Shown here: positions 1-8,297 of the stretch, piece by piece
Layout: the number at the start of each line of letters is the position of its first letter
Numbering within the stretch: the first letter of the stretch is position 1
Assembly: GCA_964510585.1 (NCBI GenBank)
Contig: CAZECW010000080.1
Span: 1-30,338, forward strand
DNA: 30,338 nucleotides
Reading direction: 5' to 3'
Source: an uncultured archaeon
Lineage (GTDB): Archaea; Asgardarchaeota; Jordiarchaeia; Jordiarchaeales; Jordiarchaeaceae
The notes under the pieces: generated by a model
The model's database searches: none
Told to the model about the DNA's origin: nothing
The model's input: only the letters and a program-made list of their open reading frames with translations
Made by a program: the position numbers and the translations under genes

Positions 1-117
1 AGGTTCTTTTCGCAGGTCTTGCACTGGGTAGCGCTGCACATCGGGGATGTTCTTCCTCCTCCCTTTTCCATACTTGATTGTGTCCCTTGAGGCGCAGTCG
101 CTGTGGGGGCACCTCAC
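1..117 (-). pseudogene. Frameshifted N-terminus of a transposase-like Zn-ribbon protein (IS1/IS6/IS1595-type), running off the window start
   Basis: Minus strand from GTG at 117 reads VRCPHSDCASRDTIKYGKGRRKNIPDVQRY. Removing one base from the GGG run at 26-28 continues it as QCKTCEKN. This matches the CPxC..KxG..QRYxCKxC pattern of IS transposase N-termini. Not in the ORF track. Confidence 0.6.
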
Positions 118-175
118 GGGAAGGGGGCGTAGGCGGAGGGAGAAAGCTCAAATATCAGAGGAACCAATTCAGAAC

Positions 176-234
176 TGTGGATCATACTGTTCTCGATGTA
201 TATGTACATGTGTTAGAGAATGGTATGATCCACA
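176..234. repeat. Long hairpin / inverted repeat
   Basis: TGTGGATCATAC (176-187) is the exact reverse complement of 223-234. Pairing continues through two G-U positions and TTCTC/GAGAA to a 19-bp stem. There is an inner ATGTA/TACAT stem at 196-209. Confidence 0.8.
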
Positions 235-351
235 CATTAACCTTACCAACCGTATTTGGCACCAGAACCTAAGCTATTGCATCATATTCTTCAACGCTAA
301 TTATAATCGGAATGAACACACAAACGCAAAAAGGAAAAATAGTGAGGATCA

Positions 352-723
352 CTAGCCCGAAGGTATAACTCCAGCAGTCAAAGCAATCTGTATAAAAGGC
401 TGGATTTCGTTTGCTGCACCGATGATAAACAGTGTACCTTCCCCAAGAAGGTCTGACCACTTTTTCTTACCAGTAACCATATCAGTCCAAGCATCAGCAG
501 TTGCGCGAATCACCAAGTCTGGTGTATGACTCTCACCATCAACAAACTTAGCCCTATCCGGCCAAAAAATAATGTGGAACTTTCTATCATCTATTTCAAA
601 CATGTGAATTCTACCTACGTATCCTTTAAGCCAATTACGTAGGATACTCTTCGCCGAATCACTCTTGTTTATGGCATCAACCAGATTTTTAAAACCTTCC
701 ACAATCTTTTTAACGTCTGCCAT
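352..723 (-). CDS. SCP2 sterol/lipid-binding domain protein
   Basis: 123 aa with the SCP2-like pattern '..PDLVIRATADAWTDMVTGK...LL.EG.L.I.G'. Confidence 0.7.
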   Translation of the reverse strand: MADVKKIVEGFKNLVDAINKSDSAKSILRNWLKGYVGRIHMFEIDDRKFHIIFWPDRAKFVDGESHTPDLVIRATADAWTDMVTGKKKWSDLLGEGTLFIIGAANEIQPFIQIALTAGVIPSG

Positions 724-738
724 ACAATCTCCCCACAG

Positions 739-993
739 TTACTTTTTAATCCATTCGATTAAAGCATCCAAAGCAGCTCTCTTAAGTGTACCTGCAGACA
801 GTGTGCCGTATTTTTCCTCAACTTTTTTCACCAAGTCACCAATATACTCTTCAGGCACAACTACAACAATGTGCGGTAAATTAATCTGTGTAAACCAGCG
901 AGCAACAGATCCAAAGAACTTCATGTCCCTAAGCCACTCTGAAAGATCCTCTTTCTTAATTTCCCTTTTGCCAAGCCACTCACTCATATTCAC
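739..993 (-). CDS. Small protein with a C-terminal ribbon-helix-helix-like segment
   Basis: 84 aa. The C-terminal HIVVVVPEE...VKKVEEKYG...GTLKRAALDALIEWIKK resembles archaeal CopG/RHH proteins. Its start overlaps the upstream stop codon by 4 bp (990-993). Confidence 0.55.
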   Translation of the reverse strand: MNMSEWLGKREIKKEDLSEWLRDMKFFGSVARWFTQINLPHIVVVVPEEYIGDLVKKVEEKYGTLSAGTLKRAALDALIEWIKK

Positions 994-1289
994 TTCCCTC
1001 CATAAGTAATCCAGTCCTTATCCAAAATCGAAACAGAAAAAACACCCTTAGTCTTGGGAATATGTGTTAAAATATCTCCTGATTTGTTGAGCAGGTCAAA
1101 TCCTGTAGGCCAATCAATAGCTATCCGCTGTCTCTCGCCCTTCTTTCTGCCGAGAACCACACCACCTCCTCTAATAGTCCATAAAGTGAGAACATACTTC
1201 GCGAGCGATTCAGGCGATATTTCACCCTTCTTAGCAATTTCGTTAAACTTCTTTTGAACATCGGGATCCAAATCAACTGTTAACGGCAT
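990..1289 (-). CDS. Small protein with an N-terminal ribbon-helix-helix-like segment and an unknown C-terminal domain
   Basis: 99 aa. MPLTVDLDPDVQKKFNEIAKKGEISPESLAKYVLTLW is a beta-helix-helix pattern. GGAGG SD-like sequence upstream; tightly packed in the operon. Confidence 0.55.
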   Translation of the reverse strand: MPLTVDLDPDVQKKFNEIAKKGEISPESLAKYVLTLWTIRGGGVVLGRKKGERQRIAIDWPTGFDLLNKSGDILTHIPKTKGVFSVSILDKDWITYGGK

Positions 1290-1303
1290 ACTAAAATCCT
1301 CCT

Positions 1304-1996
1304 TTACCTTCTTAACTCACTCCTAATGTATGGAATGCCCCACGCTTCCCTGAAGACAACTCCTTCCATCGGATACCTTGTGGGACCTAGCACTCTTGGA
1401 TACAGGGGAACACCCAAACAGAATGCAGTCAGTGGCGTCCAACCCTTAGGAATACCAAAATAGTCCGAAACCATTTCACGCCGCCTTTCATCGCCAATAA
1501 CTGGAAAACTATCCCAACCAGCCCCAACACCCAGTGCAGTAGCTGCAAGCCACATATTCTGTATAGCCATACTTAGCGCGGCAATGTTAATTTCCTTTAT
1601 TGAACCAGGTATAGTGGGCAAATCATAGTAGTGGTCCGAGTAGCAACAGAGAATTACAGTGTCCGATATTTCTGGATATCTGAAGAGAGAACCGTCAAAC
1701 ATACCCTCAACCGTATCTACTCTTGCTGGTGGAGGCACATACCATAGTCGGTCTGCAGGCATCTCAAATCTGGACATCCCAAAGGCCCCTGAAGATGTTT
1801 CCTGAGCCAAGTCTGCCAAAAGTTCTTTTGATTTCTGATCCTTTATGACAATGTACTTCCAAGCTTGTACATTCTCGGGTGATGGTGCATGACGCGCAAC
1901 ATCCAATATTTTCTCAATTTTCCATTCAGGTATCTTTTCACCAACTTTAAAATGCCTAATCGAACGTCTTGTATAAATGGCTTCAAAAACGTCCAA
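1304..1996 (-). CDS. Nitroreductase family flavoprotein
   Basis: AIYTRRSIRHF, APSPENVQAWKYIVI and AIQNMWLAATALGVGAGW motifs. TTG start with GGAGGTG SD. Confidence 0.92.
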   Translation of the reverse strand: MDVFEAIYTRRSIRHFKVGEKIPEWKIEKILDVARHAPSPENVQAWKYIVIKDQKSKELLADLAQETSSGAFGMSRFEMPADRLWYVPPPARVDTVEGMFDGSLFRYPEISDTVILCCYSDHYYDLPTIPGSIKEINIAALSMAIQNMWLAATALGVGAGWDSFPVIGDERRREMVSDYFGIPKGWTPLTAFCLGVPLYPRVLGPTRYPMEGVVFREAWGIPYIRSELRR

Positions 1997-2443
1997 AAAT
2001 ACACACCTCCATTCTATATCCTCCTACATATTCTTATGAAATAGCATGTTTTATATTTAAGTTTCGTATACTTTTACAATCAACACTCTAACATTGGAGA
2101 TTTACCCATTTTCCAGATCTAAGACAATTTTAAAAATTCATTATATTTTTTTATCTGCCAAGACTTTTTATTCTATGATTTTAAAAAACCGCTATCCGCC
2201 ACTTTTGCAAAAATAGCAGAAGAAAAAAGAATCAATTCAAAATTCTAAATCAGTAGTTTATGTACATTGACCCACATATTCTATAAAATTTTGCGACGCT
2301 TAAATAAGGGATTATTCAGAAGCGACACAAGATTCTCTTCTAACTATTACTTCACCGAGCCGCACCAGTATTTTAGATAGAGTTACTTAGTTTTATCTCA
2401 AACGGGAGCGGTTTATAAACTGCTAAATGGAGTAAATACAAAT

Positions 2444-2599
2444 TGGCACAAAGTAATAGGTATGTATTTTTGTTTTTGGGTATGTGGAAGTGTTCTGCCC
2501 AACTTCCCTAATAGGGCTTAGATTTGGAAAAGAAGGCTTAATAACGCCTCCTTTACAGGCAGCCAGCAAACAAAAACACATACCTGTAACATTATGCCA
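2444..2599. repeat. Imperfect 32-bp inverted repeat enclosing 92 bp (MITE-like or paired operator)
   Basis: 2444-2475 (TGGCACAAAGTAATAGGTATGTATTTTTGTTT) matches the reverse complement of 2568-2599 (TGGCATAATGTTACAGGTATGTGTTTTTGTTT) at 27/32 positions. The inner 18 bp match 17/18. Confidence 0.7.
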
Positions 2600-2608
2600 T
2601 ATAAATTT

Positions 2609-2625
2609 AACGAAAGATTTATAAA
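2609..2625 (+). promoter_or_regulatory. Putative BRE-TATA promoter of tfb
   Basis: AACGAAAG followed by TTTATAAA, about 100 bp upstream of the tfb start. Confidence 0.55.
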
Positions 2626-2728
2626 TAACTAATGTCATTCCAGCTCCAGATAAGCGGCAATATGCGAAAAGCAATACTCAGAATTTTTATACAAATTTCC
2701 GGAGAAAGGTGTCATGGGTGGTCACTTC

Positions 2729-3670
2729 ATGGTTGAAGAAGCTGACAGTGAAGAGAAGGCGAAAACACCCTATAGGTGCTCGGAATGTGGAGCCGCAGAT
2801 ATAATCCGTGATGTAACCCGAGGAGAATTAATTTGTAGCCGTTGTGGCCTTGTAATCGATGAGCATATGATTGATCAAGGTCCGGAATGGAGGGCTTTTA
2901 CCTCCGAAGAGCGCTCAAGACGCAGTCGTGTGGGGTCCCCTACTTCATACACAGTCCACGATAAGGGATTAAGCACCATGATTGATTGGCGAAACTGCGA
3001 CGCCTACGGTAAAAAGTTAACTCCCCGACGTAGAGCACAAATTTACCGTCTAAGAAAGTGGCAAATTCGAACCCGAGTCCACAGCTCTATGGACAGAAAC
3101 TTGGCTTACGCCATGTCAGAACTCGACAGACTTTCCAGCCAGCTAGGAATCCCCCATGGAGTAAAGGAATCTTCAGCAGTCATTTATCGAAAAGCCATCG
3201 AAAAAAGCCTCATTAGAGGACGCTCAATAGAAGCTATGGTGGCGGCATCCGTTTACGGAGCCTGCCGCATGCGCAAGGTTCCTCGAACCCTCGATGAAAT
3301 CGCTAAACAGTCCAGGGTCGGACGTAAAGAGTTGGGAAGATGCTACCGCCTAGTTCTCAGAGAGCTCGACATCGAAATACCTATCGCCAACCCCATAGAC
3401 TTCGTACCCCGATTCGGCAACGAATTGCACCTCTCAGGCAAGGCTCAAAGAGTGGCAGCTCAAATCATCGAAAAGGCAAAAGAAATGGGAATAACTGCCG
3501 GCAAAGATCCAACCGGACTCGCAGCAGCCTCCATGTACATCGCAGCCATAATGATAGGGGAACGCCGAACACAAAGAGAAATAGCTGAAGTTGCGCATGT
3601 CACCGAAGTCACCGTGAGAAACAGATACAAAGAGTTAATCAAAAAGCTAAAACTAGAAGTCGAAATCTAA
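2729..3670 (+). CDS. tfb: Transcription initiation factor IIB
   Basis: Zn ribbon CSEC..CSRCG, B-reader [14 protein letters not shown], two cyclin repeats, [10 protein letters not shown] and [13 protein letters not shown]. The ATG at 2729 follows GGTGG; the ORF track starts at 2714. Confidence 0.98.
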   Translation: MVEEADSEEKAKTPYRCSECGAADIIRDVTRGELICSRCGLVIDEHMIDQGPEWRAFTSEERSRRSRVGSPTSYTVHDKGLSTMIDWRNCDAYGKKLTPRRRAQIYRLRKWQIRTRVHSSMDRNLAYAMSELDRLSSQLGIPHGVKESSAVIYRKAIEKSLIRGRSIEAMVAASVYGACRMRKVPRTLDEIAKQSRVGRKELGRCYRLVLRELDIEIPIANPIDFVPRFGNELHLSGKAQRVAAQIIEKAKEMGITAGKDPTGLAAASMYIAAIMIGERRTQREIAEVAHVTEVTVRNRYKELIKKLKLEVEI

Positions 3671-3710
3671 TATAAAAATAAAAAAGCAGCGTTGTTTAAA
3701 AACTCCCATA

Positions 3711-3754
3711 TTTCCCCTCTTCTTTCTTTTCCCAATTTTTTCTCTTTTTTCCCT
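3711..3754 (+). terminator. Pyrimidine/T-rich tract, probable archaeal terminator of tfb
   Basis: Long T/C run with T5-T6 stretches starting about 40 bp after the tfb stop. Confidence 0.45.
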
Positions 3755-4024
3755 GTGTGTATGCAATTTCCTTTTGTTCCACTTATAACCATAAAAAAAC
3801 CAATTATGTCCTAGAAAACCGAATATCTATAACATGTGTATTTATTTGTTGTTATCGAATGGCGGATAATAGATCTCAAGCCCAGAAAAGAAGGCTTATT
3901 TTAGGCTCTTTCAGCTAAGGCTTCTCTTCCGGAAAAGAAACACTAATTATCCCCACCTTTTCAGGAAAAGGGAGCGTATAACACCAGATTGACCTTCAGA
4001 AGCCTAATACACACTCTATAACCA

Positions 4025-5623
4025 TTATATGAGTTCTGCCTCAACTACTTTTTCGTTTATAATTCTTGTGATTTTTACTTTTACCAGTTCGTTTATTGGC
4101 GCCCTCTCTGTCTTTAAAACTATTGTGGGGCCTTCCTCTAGAGGGTATGCTATGTATTTCCCGGCTTTGATTTTCTCCGCCACTCCTACTTCCAAAGTTT
4201 TGCCTATTAATAATTTCTTTTTTTCTAAATTGATTTGCTTTGCCTTTTCGAGTATGGTTTTGCTTGCTTCGTTTTTTGTTGCAGGAGGTGGTGACTCAAA
4301 ATCCCCAAACGCGGACATGGGTAGAGGTTTGAACCTATAAATTGTGATTTTCTCAGCTCCAATTTTTGCCATTTTGTCCATTAGGTCTACGGTTTGTTTA
4401 GCTGTATCCATAGTTTGTCCGGGTAAGCCATGAATAAAGTAAACGTAAGGCCTTAACCCATAGACTATTGCGCGTTTTACAGCAGCCAAACTCTGCCTTG
4501 GAGTTGAGGGACGCCCCACCTTCCTCGAATGAGTCTCAGAACCGGTTTCGCATCCGATATGTATTGTTGTGTGAGGCAGATAAGTGCTTATAATTCTAGC
4601 TGCCGACTCGGTGAAAAGGCAGGGCTTCACATTCTCAATAGAGATATAAGTTTTTTCACTGATCTCACTCCGAATTTTTGAGATTTCAGATAGCAGTGAT
4701 TCAATCTCCGAATAGTTAGCCTCCGGAAGGCAGGGATCAGTAAGAGGATGCGGGCTCACCAGTTTTTCCCTTTGATAATCTAGAAAGTCACTCCCACCCA
4801 GAACAATTCGAGTAACTCCTAGTTTTAGAAGACCACGTACCTCTCTTAGTATACTTCTTTTATTTCTACTCCTTGAGGGACCAAAGAGGCTAGGTACAGA
4901 GCAGAAACCACATCCGGGCGGAATTCCCTGCGGACAGTAATATCTCTCCGTCAAATTGTCTCCAACGCATAAGCCACACTGGTTACATTTTCTTCCATCG
5001 GGCAGGGGTAGAAGCGCCCTGCGATAATTGGAGCAGCCAATCACACAAGTAACGTAGACACGGGAAACCCGAAAATAGGGATAATCAGCAACCCTTTCAA
5101 TAGAAGGCTCGAACTTAAACTCGAAGGAGGGCGGACGTAGCGGTGTTAATTCAACACCACTAGGAGTCCGGAAAGCCAGCCCTTTGATACCCCTTAGAGT
5201 CTCATCATCAGGCATCTGCCCCTCAGAAAGAGCCGTGGTAAGTAGCTCCTTCAGTGTTGCCTCGCCTTCTCCTATAACTACCAAATCATAATCTGCTTTT
5301 CCCAATATTTGGTAGGGATCAGCTGCAGCTGGACCGCCTGCAACTGCAACCTTATCTTGGTGCGCCTCTTTCCACAGACTCACTATTTTTCTCATAGAGG
5401 GGATATCCATGGTCATACCACTACATAGAAGAACTTCAAAATCCAACAAAATCTTTTGATTCCTTAAAATCTGCTCAGCAGTATATATTCTACATTTAAA
5501 CTTCAGCTGTTCAAGTACTCCAGCCACCGTCCTCGGCCCCGCACCGATAACATCTCGGGTAAACTTTTTAAACCCTCGCCCTGTAGCCAAGGCATCCACA
5601 ATTATAAAACGCGCTCTGTCCAT
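4025..5623 (-). CDS. B12-binding domain / radical SAM / C-terminal TRAM-like protein
   Basis: N-terminal cobalamin-binding-like region (VAVAGGPAA, VVIGEGEATL), split Cys motif GCSNY...PPGCGFCSVP, HIGCETGS and YFIHGLPGQT. The C-terminal IGKTLEV...VKVKITRI..KVVEAE is TRAM-like. Confidence 0.85.
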   Translation of the reverse strand: MDRARFIIVDALATGRGFKKFTRDVIGAGPRTVAGVLEQLKFKCRIYTAEQILRNQKILLDFEVLLCSGMTMDIPSMRKIVSLWKEAHQDKVAVAGGPAAADPYQILGKADYDLVVIGEGEATLKELLTTALSEGQMPDDETLRGIKGLAFRTPSGVELTPLRPPSFEFKFEPSIERVADYPYFRVSRVYVTCVIGCSNYRRALLPLPDGRKCNQCGLCVGDNLTERYYCPQGIPPGCGFCSVPSLFGPSRSRNKRSILREVRGLLKLGVTRIVLGGSDFLDYQREKLVSPHPLTDPCLPEANYSEIESLLSEISKIRSEISEKTYISIENVKPCLFTESAARIISTYLPHTTIHIGCETGSETHSRKVGRPSTPRQSLAAVKRAIVYGLRPYVYFIHGLPGQTMDTAKQTVDLMDKMAKIGAEKITIYRFKPLPMSAFGDFESPPPATKNEASKTILEKAKQINLEKKKLLIGKTLEVGVAEKIKAGKYIAYPLEEGPTIVLKTERAPINELVKVKITRIINEKVVEAELI

Positions 5624-5749
5624 TTTTATGCTAACTCATAAATCTCTTAAGCTTACATTTAGAAAGACACTAACTTTAAATAAGTATATTGCGTTCTTAA
5701 ACGTGACAAAAACATTTCTAAATATCCAAAAAAGTTGGAATGGTGTGTA

Positions 5750-6061
5750 ATGGCACAACAAATATGTCCAATATGTGGTTTACCTAAAGACCTCTGTGTC
5801 TGCCAAGAAATAGTAAAAGAAGAACAGAGAATAAAGGTTAGAATAGAAAAAAGGAAGTTCGGGCGTGAGGTAACCATTATTGAGGGCATCAATAGCAAAG
5901 ATGTTGATTTGGGCAAGTTAGCCACAAAGTTAAAGAGCGCTCTTGCATGTGGTGGTACCTCCAAAGACGATCGCATCGAGCTTCAGGGCGACCACAGGTA
6001 TCGGACTAAGGATCTTTTGGTGGAGTGGGGTTATCCTGAGAAGAATATCGACGTTTCTTAA
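5750..6061 (+). CDS. sui1: Translation initiation factor aIF1 (SUI1)
   Basis: ICPICGLPKDLCVC, KLKSALACGGTSK and IELQGDHR motifs. ATG at 5750 follows GGTG. Confidence 0.96.
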   Translation: MAQQICPICGLPKDLCVCQEIVKEEQRIKVRIEKRKFGREVTIIEGINSKDVDLGKLATKLKSALACGGTSKDDRIELQGDHRYRTKDLLVEWGYPEKNIDVS

Positions 6062-6089
6062 CACGCTTATTTTCTTTTGGCGTGTAGAA

Positions 6090-6311
6090 ATGTTTCAGAG
6101 AATTAGAGACTTGCTCGGAAACCTTACTAGACGCCCCATCAATAAAAGAGGTATCCTAGTTTGTCCGAGGTGTGGAAGCAAGAAAATTAGACCGTGGAAT
6201 TCCATATCCGGCTTCATCACACCTCCCTACTATTTCTGTCGGAATTGTCATTACTCCGGATACTTCATTGTTGAAGTAGATAAAGAAGAGGATAGCGAGG
6301 GAAGTTTTTAG
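6090..6311 (+). CDS. Small Zn-ribbon protein of unknown function
   Basis: 73 aa from ATG 6090, with CPRCGS...YFCRNCHYSG (C4 ribbon). The longer 5943 start in the track overlaps sui1 and is unlikely. Confidence 0.75.
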   Translation: MFQRIRDLLGNLTRRPINKRGILVCPRCGSKKIRPWNSISGFITPPYYFCRNCHYSGYFIVEVDKEEDSEGSF

Positions 6312-6468
6312 AGTCAAAATTAGAGGTAACACTTCGGATAGCATAGTTTTTGGGTTTATTTAGGCTCTCAAAAAGTTCTGTTTCAACTCTGTGGTACAAG
6401 CGGGAAATATTTATTAAACTCTAATTGATAGTCCAAATCGGCAAACACTATCAAGAAGGGATAATAGA

Positions 6469-6612
6469 ATGGTGTACGTGTGCGGCAAATGTAATAGAGA
6501 AGTTACTGTGGAGGGTTTAGATCTTCTCGGCGGCATTAAGTGTCCCCAGTGTGGTTATAGAGTGTTGTACAAAGCTCGGCCGCCGGTTATCAAACGCGTA
6601 AAGGCTAGATAA
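6469..6612 (+). CDS. rpoP: DNA-directed RNA polymerase subunit P (Rpo12)
   Basis: 47 aa, below the ORF-track cutoff: MVYVCGKCNREVTVEGLDLLGGIKCPQCGYRVLYKARPPVIKRVKAR. The CxxC..CPxCGYRVLYKxR signature is present. Confidence 0.95.
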   Translation: MVYVCGKCNREVTVEGLDLLGGIKCPQCGYRVLYKARPPVIKRVKAR

Positions 6613-6728
6613 TTTTTAGGGTTTTTGCGTCTTTTTGGTATCGCGGGGAAAGTTATTTTAGGAAATTTAGAATTAAGTTCTAAAATCTAAGTAATTAGAG
6701 GTACTTGCTGTCGTGGGTGTTGGTTGTC

Positions 6729-8291
6729 ATGTCAGGTGAGAGTAACTCTAAAGAAAGCGTTGCTAAACGGAGTTCCGAGAAAAGCTTGTTCGATAGAATT
6801 TGGACCTTGGCTTATCATAGAGGTTTTGTTTTTCCCAGTGCAGAGATTTATGGTGGTATTGCAGGAATCTACGATTTAGGCCCCCTGGGCGCTAAGATGA
6901 AGAATAATTTGGTACAGGCCTGGCGAGAATTTTTTGTCTTGAAAGAGGTTAATCCACCAGTGTATGAGTTAGACGGTTCCACAATTCTTCCCTATGAGGC
7001 TTTGAAGGCCTCCGGACATCTAGATAGCTTTACAGATCCTACAGTTAATTGTTTGAAGTGTAAGAAAGTTATGCGCGCAGATCATTTAATTGAGGACAGT
7101 TTGGGTTTATATGTGGAGGGAATGACTCCGGAGCAACTTACGAGAATTATAAGAGAAAATAAGTTGGTTTGTCCTGAGTGTAACGGTGATTTAAGTGATG
7201 TTTACGTTTTTAATTTAATGTTGGGAGTAAAAGTTGGTCCGGCGGGTGGGCAGACCGCTTTTTTGAGACCAGAAACTGCTCAAGATATATTTATGGATTT
7301 TAAGCGGGTTCAGCAGTCGATGAGGGCGAAGCTTCCTTTTGGAATTGCTCAGGTTGGTAAGTCTTATCGAAATGAGATTTCTCCAAGGCAAGGTTTGATT
7401 AGGATTCGTGAGTTTACACAAATGGAGATTGAAATGTTTATTCATCCCAAGGAGATCGGGAACCATCCCAGTTTTTATACGGTGAAAGATACTAAGATTA
7501 GAATTTTAACGAGGGAGCAACAGAAGAGGGGGGAGAAGGAGCCATTGGAGATGACAGCATCAGAGTTCCTGGAAAGGAATATTCTTCCCAACCCATATAT
7601 GGCATATTACCTTGCAAAGGAGACGATTTTTTATCAGAGTTTGGGTATCCCCTACGAAAAGTTTCATTTCAGACACATGATGCCTGAGGAAACACCCTTC
7701 TATTCCGGTGGCAATTTTGATCTGGAGGTTGAGCTGAGCATTGGAAGAAAGGAAATTGTCGGTAACGCATACAGAACCAACTACGATTTATCTAACCACA
7801 TGAAGAAGAGCGGTAAGGATTTGTCCATAAGCATTGACGGGGAAAAAATTATTCCCGAGGTTGTGGAGCCTTCATTCGGTGTGGAGAGGGCTATTTACTG
7901 CATCTTGGAACACTGCTTTCGGGAAGACGATGGAAGAGGGTGGACATGGTTCCAATTCCCCCCAAAAATTGCTCCTGTAAAGGCTTTGGTACTACCCCTC
8001 GTTCGAAGAGAGCCCTTGACGGATATTGCCTTTAAGACTTATGAAACCCTTAAGAAAAACGGATTAGAGGTAGAGTTTGATGACCGCGGATCTGTAGGTA
8101 AAAGATACGCTAGAGGCGATGAGATAGGCATCCCCTACTGTATAACTATAGATTATGACACAGTTAAAGCTAATACAGTTACCATAAGGGATAGAGATTC
8201 CAGAAAACAGGCTGTTGTGAAAAGGGATAATTTAGTCGAAATTCTCTTCAAACTGATTTGCGGAAACATAGAATTTAATACTTTATTATAA
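6729..8291 (+). CDS. glyS: Glycyl-tRNA synthetase (alpha2, archaeal/eukaryotic type)
   Basis: SAEIYGG..YDLGPLG, FLRPETAQ, GKSYRNEISPRQGLIRIREFTQMEIE, VVEPSFGVER and the anticodon domain GKRYARGDEIGIPYCITID. ATG 6729 chosen over the track start at 6705. Confidence 0.97.
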   Translation: MSGESNSKESVAKRSSEKSLFDRIWTLAYHRGFVFPSAEIYGGIAGIYDLGPLGAKMKNNLVQAWREFFVLKEVNPPVYELDGSTILPYEALKASGHLDSFTDPTVNCLKCKKVMRADHLIEDSLGLYVEGMTPEQLTRIIRENKLVCPECNGDLSDVYVFNLMLGVKVGPAGGQTAFLRPETAQDIFMDFKRVQQSMRAKLPFGIAQVGKSYRNEISPRQGLIRIREFTQMEIEMFIHPKEIGNHPSFYTVKDTKIRILTREQQKRGEKEPLEMTASEFLERNILPNPYMAYYLAKETIFYQSLGIPYEKFHFRHMMPEETPFYSGGNFDLEVELSIGRKEIVGNAYRTNYDLSNHMKKSGKDLSISIDGEKIIPEVVEPSFGVERAIYCILEHCFREDDGRGWTWFQFPPKIAPVKALVLPLVRREPLTDIAFKTYETLKKNGLEVEFDDRGSVGKRYARGDEIGIPYCITIDYDTVKANTVTIRDRDSRKQAVVKRDNLVEILFKLICGNIEFNTLL

Positions 8292-8297
8292 AATCTT

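Noticed and set aside
47-460. ORF-track ORFs 47..355, 78..272 and 269..460
   Set aside because: No recognisable domain, overlapping each other, and antisense to the transposase-like remnant or SCP2 gene; they look like shadow ORFs.
2423-2674. 83-aa minus-strand ORF upstream of tfb
   Set aside because: No domain or SD, and it overlaps the inverted-repeat element and the tfb promoter.
2527-3898. 14-bp direct repeat GAAAAGAAGGCTTA at 2527-2540 and 3885-3898 flanking tfb
   Set aside because: About one or two such 14-mer repeats are expected by chance in 30 kb, and more for purine-rich words; there is no other support.
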